Below are positions 1 to 8,681 of a DNA stretch of 64,000 nt, piece after piece. The first letter of the stretch is position 1. Each line of letters starts with the position of its first letter. The notes below the pieces were generated by a model that saw only the letters and a list, made by a program, of their open reading frames with translations, searched no databases and was not told the DNA's origin. This stretch comes from an uncultured Candidatus Saccharibacteria bacterium (lineage in GTDB: Bacteria > Patescibacteriota > Saccharimonadia > Saccharimonadales > Saccharimonadaceae). The stretch is from assembly GCA_964641025.1 (NCBI GenBank), contig CAZXJP010000005.1:21628-85627 (forward strand). The letters are read 5' to 3'. Position numbers and translations under genes: made by a program.

Positions 1-1
1 G

Positions 2-283
2 TTTACTGGGCACAGAATAGTCACGTTCGAAGACCGTATAGGTAAATGCGCGTTGGGATTTAATTTGATGCAGAATGGCAGCGAAAGCAGGCGTATTATC
101 ATCGGATCACGCAGAAAGATTTATGCTCAGGAACGGCGCAGGCAAGCCTATACTAATCATGAGTTCGTGCTAGAACGTGACCAAGTCGAGAAGGAATACA
201 CGAGTATGTCTACACGGTATGATTTGGGCGTAATGGCTGTTTGGGTGGATAAGTTTTTGGCCGAGCCAAAGTACGAGGATTAA
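2..283 (+). CDS. C-terminal fragment of a hypothetical protein (gene runs off the left edge)
   Basis: Frame is open from nt 2 to TAA 281-283. No motif recognised. Confidence 0.3.
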   Translation, partial: FTGHRIVTFEDRIGKCALGFNLMQNGSESRRIIIGSRRKIYAQERRRQAYTNHEFVLERDQVEKEYTSMSTRYDLGVMAVWVDKFLAEPKYED

Positions 284-1200
284 GTAACGCGATATATTGG
301 TACTGCGTCGGTGTCACTATAATTGTTATCTGACTCTGAAGCTAGTGTTAAGCGGTAGCGATTGTTGACATCATCATAGTGCCCATATGCCACCTGGTTC
401 CCGTGCTCGGCGACTATTCGACTCCCCGTCAACAGTATGCGTCTATCATTCTTTGGATTACGTTGCATCGTGTCGGCTAGCCATTCTGCTATTCCATAGG
501 TTTGAAAATTGAATTGACGATTGGATGGAGATGGATCCACTAGATTGCGTAACGAAGACAAGCTAAGATCTACGTCTTTGGTGGTGCGGACTACGTGAAT
601 TCCCCAGTCCCCACCCTCTATCAGATCGTGCTCTAACTGATCTTTAAATGACCATCCCCCATTCACGTTGCTACTGCCATAGCTCAATATTGAGTCTGCG
701 TCGCCTAGTCTGTTATTAATCTCTTGTGGTATATCATCAATGCTGAGTCCGTCTATCGCGCGCATTTGGGCTAACCATTCAGGCAACTTTTTTATTCGAT
801 TTAGCATATCCGAGTATGGTACGAGCAGTATCTCGGAGTCTTCTTCTGCGGTGTCTACGTCGTTGACCACAGTGTCATATAACTGTGTCAGGGTTTCTGC
901 GAGTGCCGGGAATAGCTCTAATAGTTCATGACTAGTATTGGGCATTTTAACATCTAGCAAATCATTAAACTTTTGCCACTTGTCGGTAGCCTCGAATAAT
1001 CGTTTCTCGGCCCACTCGCGCGCGTCATCGTCCATTTCCAAATCTTCAAGTGAACGTGACTTTGCTAACCGCTCCGCGATTGATAGTCCGCCAACACTTT
1101 TTCCCATAGATCTCAATAATTCTTTTGGCAAATCTGAATATGACACGGTGGGGCTTTGTTCGAGCCTCGGTAACTCAAGCTTAAACTTTTCTCTACTCAC
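280..1200 (-). CDS. hypothetical protein, tightly coupled downstream partner of the AAA+ ATPase
   Basis: 306-aa ORF whose start lies 1 nt after the stop of the 481-aa ATPase ORF. No recognisable domain. Confidence 0.5.
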   Translation of the reverse strand: MSREKFKLELPRLEQSPTVSYSDLPKELLRSMGKSVGGLSIAERLAKSRSLEDLEMDDDAREWAEKRLFEATDKWQKFNDLLDVKMPNTSHELLELFPALAETLTQLYDTVVNDVDTAEEDSEILLVPYSDMLNRIKKLPEWLAQMRAIDGLSIDDIPQEINNRLGDADSILSYGSSNVNGGWSFKDQLEHDLIEGGDWGIHVVRTTKDVDLSLSSLRNLVDPSPSNRQFNFQTYGIAEWLADTMQRNPKNDRRILLTGSRIVAEHGNQVAYGHYDDVNNRYRLTLASESDNNYSDTDAVPIYRVT

Positions 1201-1201
1201 T

Positions 1202-2647
1202 TTATCGACTCCTATCCGTGCGAGACAGATATCTTAATGTCTTGTTTGCCCAGTTAGCATTGTTCGTCGTACCTCCTTGATCGAGTCCTCGAACGATTTC
1301 TTGTATTTTTGTATCAAGATTCATTCGTGGTTTGTTACCATCGGCGCATCGGGTTAACGCGTCCATCATAGTGCGCGGCGAAATACAGTCGCTCATAACT
1401 GGTTTTTCCATACCGGTAATATCCGCGGTAGATATAGAAGATCCGGATTCGGATAATGTCGAGCGAAGACCTTCTGCCAAGGGCTTGCTATATAGGTGCT
1501 GGGTAACGTGAGCTAATTTTACGAATTTTACAAGCGTGTTTACGTCTACATGAGGGCTAATGACGCCCCTCTCGTTACAAACCGATGCTAGCGCTAACCT
1601 TGTAAGCTCGACTGGCTCTTGCAGTAGTGGATTTTCATTACTTTCGTCTGGAAAGTGGACATTGATTATATCGAACCGATCACGTGTAGCAGGATCTATG
1701 CGATTACGATCACGATAATTAGACGATATCTCGTTTGCTGTTGCAGATACATGAAAACCGTTCGCCACTTTAACCATTCTGCCGCCATCTTCATCTATAG
1801 CTATTAACTCTCCGGGGCGGCTCAAAAACACCTGGTTTAATCTGATAACTATCTTTGGGTCATTCGCGTTAAATTCATCAGCTACTACCGACTTTCCCTC
1901 CGTTATTGCTTTTAGCAACGGAGAATCGACGAATCTGAGCTGGTTGGTCGCCTTATCGTAGTCGTGTTTGCCCATTATCTCATCTGACATTTTGTCGCCT
2001 TTTCCAGCTATAAAAACACGATCATCGATTCCATTAGCCATGTCCATGACGAACACGGCTAAATTTGTCTTTGCTATACCCTTGTCCCCGACTAATAATG
2101 AATGCTTGTTGTCTACGCGATTACTTACGTCTTTGCTAATGATATCTATGGCTTGATCGTCGAATACTATTTTATATTCGCGCAATGTCTGCGAATCAAA
2201 CGCTGCCATGGCCTGGACTCGATCTTCGTGTGATAGTTCCGTGAAAACTTCGTGTCTGTGTTTGATGGCCTCATCAAGTTTGTTTTGATAATAATCGCGT
2301 TCCGCGTTAGTAAAAGTTCTCCCCTCTTTTGATGCGTTCAGTAAAGCTTGCCACATGTTTTTGTGTGCCGTAAGTTCATCGTACTGTATCGCTATTAACT
2401 CATCTAGATTCGCAGGTTCATAGTCATGACGGGACAAAACGTTATAGAGCGAAGATAGCACAAATGCAGTTAACTCGCGATTGCGAGGTTCCGAGTCCAG
2501 ATTAACGAACAGTTCTCCATTTTGTTCGTCAAAAAGATTAGGAGTGTTGCATTGATTACTTTCGGACCTGGTGTTTACACCCTGCTGGTCTAACAGTTTG
2601 CAAATATCACCGCACTCCTTGGTGCGCTTGCACTGAAACGCCTCCAT
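1202..2647 (-). CDS. AAA+ ATPase, MoxR/AAA_5-like (CbbQ/NorQ-type core)
   Basis: Walker A GDKGIAKT, Walker B VVADEFN, sensor-like ATAN and an RDRF arginine region. Carries a unique ~170-aa N-terminal extension. Confidence 0.65.
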   Translation of the reverse strand: MEAFQCKRTKECGDICKLLDQQGVNTRSESNQCNTPNLFDEQNGELFVNLDSEPRNRELTAFVLSSLYNVLSRHDYEPANLDELIAIQYDELTAHKNMWQALLNASKEGRTFTNAERDYYQNKLDEAIKHRHEVFTELSHEDRVQAMAAFDSQTLREYKIVFDDQAIDIISKDVSNRVDNKHSLLVGDKGIAKTNLAVFVMDMANGIDDRVFIAGKGDKMSDEIMGKHDYDKATNQLRFVDSPLLKAITEGKSVVADEFNANDPKIVIRLNQVFLSRPGELIAIDEDGGRMVKVANGFHVSATANEISSNYRDRNRIDPATRDRFDIINVHFPDESNENPLLQEPVELTRLALASVCNERGVISPHVDVNTLVKFVKLAHVTQHLYSKPLAEGLRSTLSESGSSISTADITGMEKPVMSDCISPRTMMDALTRCADGNKPRMNLDTKIQEIVRGLDQGGTTNNANWANKTLRYLSRTDRSR

Positions 2648-2689
2648 GTGTTTACTTTTATATCACGCTTATGCTATAAATTGCAATAG

Positions 2690-4615
2690 ATGGGTGGTTC
2701 AAATGAGTTCATAAATAACGACAATGAGCTTGTTGACGCCGTGCGCTCTCTGGGCGCACTTTTTGGTATAGGAGGTGTCAACGTCGAAGTAAAGCCAGGC
2801 GAAGGCACCACATGCAATCTCACAAAAAAGGGACTAACAATTCAGGTTGATCCAGACCAAATTGCAAGAAGTGATTCAGGCGAGAAGAGCGACAAACAAA
2901 TATTATCAGAGGATGCGTTATATATCGCTGGTGAAGTAATTGGCTATGTACGTGACTTGATAGACGGTGGCATGCCGGAGGCAAAGAATGAAAAGGATAA
3001 ATTTTTCTGGATGACCGTACAAGACGCCGCGATCGATACGCGATTAAAAAGTATACCTCTCCTAGATAGTATTACGGAGGATGTTTATAAAACTCACAGA
3101 TTTCCCGAATCCCAGATGTCAGAGGCGCCCAAACACGTTCAATTCATGGAAGCGGTACTGTTAAAAAGTATAGTTCCAAATGGAGACTGGCGTTTTGATC
3201 AAGATATAGAACAACTGATTGAACAGCTACGGAATTATCACATTGCAGGCGAAACCGTAGATATTTTAGAGCACATGAATCATCGAGAGACCAGTATTAA
3301 GAATAGGATACGAATTGCAAATCAATTCTTACGCCCCGTCTATGACGCGCTGTATGACGAGGATGTGCAAAATGGCATGGCAGATGATAATTCCGAGTCA
3401 GAGGATGGAGATGGAGCTAGTGACAATGGGAGCAGAGACGGCCAAGAAGGTGATGGAGAGTCAGAGGGCGATGCATTTTCCGGTGGGTACAATCGCTATG
3501 AAGAAGCAATGCATGGATCTGCTAATAGGGATAAGTCCAAAAAGCAACAAAAGGGCGGTACATATAATGGTATGTCGATGCATGAAATTATGGCACTCAT
3601 GCAACAGATGGGAGCTGGGGGATATTTTCCGGATTTCGAGATGGACGAAGAGGATGAGTATGAAGACGATGATATGGACGATGGTAATGATGAAAAAGAG
3701 TATAACGATTTTGACGACGACAATAGTGGCCAATCAAACTTGGCCGGTAGATTACAACAAGAATTAAAGTTAAACAAAGCGGATACCCTTGCATATCTGG
3801 AGGTTTTGACAAAGTACAGAGGCGTAATATCGCAAACAGCTGACGTGCTGTTAAAATTATCAAACCTTGCCAATACCACCAACGCCCCTACCTATAGATC
3901 GATAGCTGATGAACATGGACGCAGGCTCCATCCTTCTAGATTAATGCAGTTCGACATACAGCGGGAAACAGGTCAACAACAATCTTTTTGGCAACCAATG
4001 GAGAACAAAAACACACGCTCCGAGTATTTATTTGGAGGGTTAGATATAACACTGTGCGTCGATGTCTCTCAATCAATGTCGGGGATTAAGGGAATGCAAG
4101 CAGGCGCCTTGGCTATAATAATGCTAGAAGCGAAAGAGTTAGCCGCTAGGCGTGCCGAGATGTACCAACAGCAGTTTGACTCGAATGACGTTCGAACACG
4201 CGTTATTGCGTTTGGTAGCGGTGCGAAAGAGTTATCGCCTATGCAGAACTTTGCATCGTCAAGGGATAAAGGCAGGATATTTCATAACTTGGTGCATCCA
4301 AGTTCCTCCGCGACGAACATATCAAAATCATTAGAGATGGTTCGTGACAAAGCCGTAAATAACACAGAACGGGATCAGATAGTATTTTTGATAACGGACG
4401 CGCAATTCTCGGACAAAGTGAAGGCAAAAGAAATTGTAAAATCCATGCCTGATAACGTACTTTTGGCACAATTCGAAATTAATCCAAGCGCAAATCAAAA
4501 TGTAAAACCCGATGGAATTACTCCGTATACGCGGCTTATAAAAAGTCCTGAACAAACACCGTCTGCCTGTCTAAGATTAATCTATGACTACGTTGACGCG
4601 TACGATAATTATTAA
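2690..4615 (+). CDS. von Willebrand factor A (VWA) domain protein with long acidic linker
   Basis: C-terminal VWA with MIDAS-type DVSQSMSG (DxSxS) and a later FLITDAQF strand. Has a central D/E-rich low-complexity stretch. Divergent from the AAA+ gene across a 42-bp spacer. Confidence 0.7.
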   Translation: MGGSNEFINNDNELVDAVRSLGALFGIGGVNVEVKPGEGTTCNLTKKGLTIQVDPDQIARSDSGEKSDKQILSEDALYIAGEVIGYVRDLIDGGMPEAKNEKDKFFWMTVQDAAIDTRLKSIPLLDSITEDVYKTHRFPESQMSEAPKHVQFMEAVLLKSIVPNGDWRFDQDIEQLIEQLRNYHIAGETVDILEHMNHRETSIKNRIRIANQFLRPVYDALYDEDVQNGMADDNSESEDGDGASDNGSRDGQEGDGESEGDAFSGGYNRYEEAMHGSANRDKSKKQQKGGTYNGMSMHEIMALMQQMGAGGYFPDFEMDEEDEYEDDDMDDGNDEKEYNDFDDDNSGQSNLAGRLQQELKLNKADTLAYLEVLTKYRGVISQTADVLLKLSNLANTTNAPTYRSIADEHGRRLHPSRLMQFDIQRETGQQQSFWQPMENKNTRSEYLFGGLDITLCVDVSQSMSGIKGMQAGALAIIMLEAKELAARRAEMYQQQFDSNDVRTRVIAFGSGAKELSPMQNFASSRDKGRIFHNLVHPSSSATNISKSLEMVRDKAVNNTERDQIVFLITDAQFSDKVKAKEIVKSMPDNVLLAQFEINPSANQNVKPDGITPYTRLIKSPEQTPSACLRLIYDYVDAYDNY

Positions 4616-4665
4616 AATACCTTTACAGATGTCTGCAATCCGGGACCTGGGTTATAATAGTCCTA

Positions 4666-5733
4666 ATGTCTCAACACTTAACGCAATCTGATTGGGCTGT
4701 TTTGCTCGACCGTGCAATCAAAGAGTATTTTGAATACTCGGTCACGCAGGCGAAACAAATCGACCCGTCATATCAACGTCTATGGGAGATACTTCGGGAT
4801 CTGATCAATTCTGGTGGAAAGCGTCTTCGCCCGCATATGACATTGTATGCATACAGGGCATTCGGCGGTCAGGATATCCATAAACTTGTTCCTATAGCCG
4901 TTGCGCAGGAATTACTTCATTTTAGTCTACTAATCCACGACGATATTATAGACAGGGACTACATACGCTACGGCACTGACAATATAGCAGGAAGCTATCT
5001 AAAAGAATATGCGAAACATATCGATTCTGATGGCGACAGAGTTCATTTCGCGCACAGTGCGGCAATATTGGGCGGTGATCTAGTGCTTTCTGGGGCGCAT
5101 AGTTTGATAGCCTCTAGCGAATTGAGTGATAGCGAAAAGACGTCTGCTCAACGGCTACTTTCACGTGCGATTTTTGAGGTAGCAGGTGGCGAACAGCTAG
5201 ATACCGAATCAAGCTTTATGCCCTATCGTGATGGTAGCGCGTTAAATATAGCTAGATACAAAACGGCAGGATATTCATTCATAGCACCTCTTGTGACAGG
5301 GGCGACGATTGCTGGTGCGTCCGAGAAACAGATTAACCATTTGCGAGAGTTCGCTATAGCATTGGGCGTGGCATTTCAGCTAGTTGATGATTTACTGGGT
5401 GTATTCGGGGAAGAAGCTACAACCGGTAAATCCACGACGAGCGACATTACAGAGGGTAAAAGAACATTTATGATAGAAAAAGCCGTACAAGCAATGAACA
5501 GTGAGCAAAAGTCTCGCTTTGACGCTCTCTTTGGCAAAAAGGACGCATCGCCATTCGAAATTGATGAGATAAAACAATTGTTGATATCTACAGATGCGAA
5601 ACTAGCGACAGAAAAGGAAATAAACGCATATGTGATAACGGCTCGCCAGTTATTAGCGACCCTGGAATTTAATAAAGAAGACCAAGATACGTTCGATGCC
5701 CTGATTAAAAAAGTAACGGATCGGACACATTAG
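4666..5733 (+). CDS. crtE: polyprenyl (geranylgeranyl) diphosphate synthase
   Basis: First Asp-rich motif LIHDDIIDRD and second motif FQLVDDLLGVFGEE. First gene of the carotenoid cluster. Confidence 0.85.
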   Translation: MSQHLTQSDWAVLLDRAIKEYFEYSVTQAKQIDPSYQRLWEILRDLINSGGKRLRPHMTLYAYRAFGGQDIHKLVPIAVAQELLHFSLLIHDDIIDRDYIRYGTDNIAGSYLKEYAKHIDSDGDRVHFAHSAAILGGDLVLSGAHSLIASSELSDSEKTSAQRLLSRAIFEVAGGEQLDTESSFMPYRDGSALNIARYKTAGYSFIAPLVTGATIAGASEKQINHLREFAIALGVAFQLVDDLLGVFGEEATTGKSTTSDITEGKRTFMIEKAVQAMNSEQKSRFDALFGKKDASPFEIDEIKQLLISTDAKLATEKEINAYVITARQLLATLEFNKEDQDTFDALIKKVTDRTH

Positions 5734-6563
5734 TGGATCTGTATAACAAAGTTTCGTACGGTAACAGTCGCTCATTGGCCCTGAGCTACTCAACGTCCTT
5801 TGGCCTGAGTAGTAGATTATTCAGCAAGAGGATTCAGCCCCATATCTACGCGATATATGGATTAGTGCGTATTGCCGACGAGATTGTAGACACCTACAAA
5901 GGTCCAGACTCCAGTAAATTATTAGATGATTTAGAAACAAATACGTATGACGCAGTGAAATCCGGCTATAGCACCAACCCTATTGTCCATTCGTTTGCCT
6001 TGACCGCTCGTGAATATAAAATCGATGAATCTTTAATCGCTCCCTTTTTCACAAGTATGCGAATGGATCTGGACTCTCAAGACTATGACGAGCGGAATTA
6101 CAAAAAATACATCTATGGTTCGGCGGAAGTGGTAGGTTTGATGTGTCTAAAAGTTTTTTGTGAAGGCGACACGACTCGATACGACAAACTAAAGGAAGGT
6201 GCATCTGCGCTAGGGGCGGCTTATCAAAAGGTTAATTTCTTACGAGACATGTCATCTGACTACGTGGAGCTCGGCAGGCTTTATTTTCCTGGAGTAACTT
6301 TTGATGACTTTAATGAAAGCGCAAAAAGAACCATTATTGATGATATAGAAAACGACTTTTCCCTGGCCTACCCATCGCTTCGTCAGCTTCCACGTACGGC
6401 ACGAACAGCAACCATGTTGAGTTATGAATACTACAGTGAGTTGCTCAAAAAACTCAAACGTACACGAGCAGATGATATTAAAAAAAATCGAGTCAGGGTC
6501 TCCGACTACAAAAAAATCGTAATACTAATAAAAGTAGTCATACGGGAGAAGCTTCGAGGGTGA
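5733..6563 (+). CDS. crtB: phytoene synthase (squalene/phytoene synthase family)
   Basis: YGLVRIADEIVD and NFLRDMSSD Asp-rich motifs. GTG start overlaps the crtE stop (TAGTG). Confidence 0.85.
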   Translation: MDLYNKVSYGNSRSLALSYSTSFGLSSRLFSKRIQPHIYAIYGLVRIADEIVDTYKGPDSSKLLDDLETNTYDAVKSGYSTNPIVHSFALTAREYKIDESLIAPFFTSMRMDLDSQDYDERNYKKYIYGSAEVVGLMCLKVFCEGDTTRYDKLKEGASALGAAYQKVNFLRDMSSDYVELGRLYFPGVTFDDFNESAKRTIIDDIENDFSLAYPSLRQLPRTARTATMLSYEYYSELLKKLKRTRADDIKKNRVRVSDYKKIVILIKVVIREKLRG

Positions 6564-8092
6564 GCAAAAAGGTCATTATTATCGGGGCCGGTATCGGCGG
6601 TATCGCAACTGCGAATCTATTGGCCAAGGCTGGGTATGATGTTGAGGTTTACGAAAAGAATAACATGCCTGGCGGACGGGCTGGTGTATACGAGACTAAA
6701 GGTTTTAGGTTTGACACTGGGCCGTCATGGTATCTGATGCCAGAGGTTTTTTCTCATTACTTTTCATTACTAGAAAAAGACATCAACAAAGAGATTAAAC
6801 TAGCTAAACTAAATCCTGCGTATAAAGTTTTTTTTGAGACTAAGGAGCCTGTTACTATAACCGGAGACAGCTCTGTTGATGCGCAAACGTTTGATGCAAT
6901 CGAACCAGGCAGTGGTGTTAAATTGTTGGATTATGTCAGTAAGGGCGATGATATTTATCGTCTAGCCATGAAACATTTTTTGTATACGAATTTTAGTTCT
7001 ATGCGCGATTTTACAAAACTCGACGTCATGAAGCGTGGACATGTCATGACCCGACTAGCACTCATGCCGATAGACAAATATGTTAGACGATACGTTTCAG
7101 ATCTTCGCCTACGGCAAATTCTTGAATATCCGATGGTATTCCTCGGTTCGTCGCCCTACTCTGCCCCGGCGCTATATAGTTTGATGAGTGCGCTTGATTT
7201 TCGAGAGGGTGTGTACTATCCGCGAGGCGGTATATATACGGTTATCGAAAAAATTGTATCCGCGGGCAAAGAGCTAGGTGTCTCGTATCAATATAATAGA
7301 CCAGTGGAGCGTATAGATGTTTCCGATGGAGGAGCGGTATCGGGGATAGTGCTACAAAACGGAAAATCCGTGAAAGCGGATATTGTGATATCAAACGCAG
7401 ACCTGCACTATACGGAAACAAAAATGTTAGATAAAAATCATCGCTCCTACCCGTCGTCATATTGGAATAAACGAGAGGCGGGACCAAGTGCATTGTTGAT
7501 GTATCTAGGCGTAAAAGGAAAACTCCCACAGCTTGAACACCACAACTTATTTTTTGTTGATGACTGGCAAAAGAATTTTCATGACATATTTAAAGGCAAA
7601 AAAATACCCCACCCAGCATCTGTGTATGTATGCAAACCAAGCGCAACGGACGATTCGGTGGCACCCAGCGGAGACGAAAACGTGTTTGTCCTCGTTCCGC
7701 TTCCGGCAGGAGTTGCAATAGATTCTGAGGACATGGAAAAAGTTGCCGATAGATATTTGAAACAAATAGAAAGACACATGGGAATTCCTGATTTACGCAA
7801 ACGATTGAGTGTTAAGCGATTGTTCGGACCGAATGATTTTATTGCTAGCTATAACGCCTGGCAGGGTACGGCTTTGGGACCGTCGCACATACTCAAACAA
7901 TCTGCTTTCTTTAGGACTCCAAACAAAAGTAAAAAAGTAAAAAACCTATACTACGTAGGGGGATCGACAACCCCAGGCATTGGTTTACCAATGTGTCTCA
8001 TTGGAGCTGAACTCATATACAAGCGTCTGGCTGGTGAAAAAAGAGGTGGACCCGTACCGAAGATCCGCAAGATTGCAAGGAGTGACAAGTAA
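6560..8092 (+). CDS. crtI: phytoene desaturase (FAD-dependent, CrtI family)
   Basis: N-terminal dinucleotide fold KKVIIIGAGIGGIATANLLAKAGYDVEVYEKNNMPGGRAG. 510 aa. Start overlaps the crtB stop (GTGA). Confidence 0.9.
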   Translation: MSKKVIIIGAGIGGIATANLLAKAGYDVEVYEKNNMPGGRAGVYETKGFRFDTGPSWYLMPEVFSHYFSLLEKDINKEIKLAKLNPAYKVFFETKEPVTITGDSSVDAQTFDAIEPGSGVKLLDYVSKGDDIYRLAMKHFLYTNFSSMRDFTKLDVMKRGHVMTRLALMPIDKYVRRYVSDLRLRQILEYPMVFLGSSPYSAPALYSLMSALDFREGVYYPRGGIYTVIEKIVSAGKELGVSYQYNRPVERIDVSDGGAVSGIVLQNGKSVKADIVISNADLHYTETKMLDKNHRSYPSSYWNKREAGPSALLMYLGVKGKLPQLEHHNLFFVDDWQKNFHDIFKGKKIPHPASVYVCKPSATDDSVAPSGDENVFVLVPLPAGVAIDSEDMEKVADRYLKQIERHMGIPDLRKRLSVKRLFGPNDFIASYNAWQGTALGPSHILKQSAFFRTPNKSKKVKNLYYVGGSTTPGIGLPMCLIGAELIYKRLAGEKRGGPVPKIRKIARSDK

Positions 8093-8406
8093 TGCAATGG
8101 CTCTACCTCGCGGGCTTATTGTTGTCGATAGCAGGCATGGCAACGCTGGACTGGCGTTATCGGCTGGCGTTTTGGCATGATCGTACCAGAACTTTACTAA
8201 CTATTACCGTAGGAGTCCTAGTGTTTGTCTTGTGGGACCTCATAGCTATCAAACAAGGAATTTTTATACACGGGGACAGCCGGTTTATGCTATCGTTCAC
8301 GTTAGCCCCAGAATTCCCAGTTGAAGAGATTTTCTTCCTGATACTATTGTGTTATTGCACGCTAGTTATTTATCGTGCAGGGGAACGAATATGGCCACGT
8401 ACATAG
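8092..8406 (+). CDS. crtYe: lycopene-cyclase-domain small subunit (C50 carotenoid cyclase CrtYe-like, or heterodimeric CrtYc-like)
   Basis: 104-aa three-TM protein with the PEFPVEEIFF motif typical of the lycopene cyclase domain. TAATG overlap with crtI. Confidence 0.65.
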   Translation: MQWLYLAGLLLSIAGMATLDWRYRLAFWHDRTRTLLTITVGVLVFVLWDLIAIKQGIFIHGDSRFMLSFTLAPEFPVEEIFFLILLCYCTLVIYRAGERIWPRT

Positions 8407-8681
8407 TATTAAACGTCATGGTGTTGCTTGCCATCTGGGTGCTGCTCGCTCAGTGGCTTCATAAACCGTCTCGCGCCTGGGTGTTTACTCTATCCGTGAT
8501 TGTCACACTAACCTTGGTGTTTGATAATCTGTTGATTTGGATGGATATGTTTAGTTATGCAAGTGACAAGATTCTGGGATATTACATTTTATTTGCTCCT
8601 GTCGAAGACTTTTTCTATGCGCTCGTTGCCGTAATCCTCATCCCTGCACTATGGTATAAGTTTGGAGGTTCCCGTGCTTGA
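8391..8681 (+). CDS. crtYf: lycopene-cyclase-domain small subunit (CrtYf-like / CrtYd-like)
   Basis: ~96-aa membrane protein with FAPVEDFFY motif. ATG at 8391 (internal to the 8349 ORF) overlaps the previous gene by 16 nt. Confidence 0.6.
   Translation: MATYIVLNVMVLLAIWVLLAQWLHKPSRAWVFTLSVIVTLTLVFDNLLIWMDMFSYASDKILGYYILFAPVEDFFYALVAVILIPALWYKFGGSRA

Noticed and set aside
3315-3882. Nested ORFs on both strands within the VWA gene (3315-3767, 3461-3733, 3496-3882, 3597-3863)
   Set aside because: They are generated by the GA-rich acidic low-complexity segment. The frame carrying the VWA domain is continuous and explains the region.
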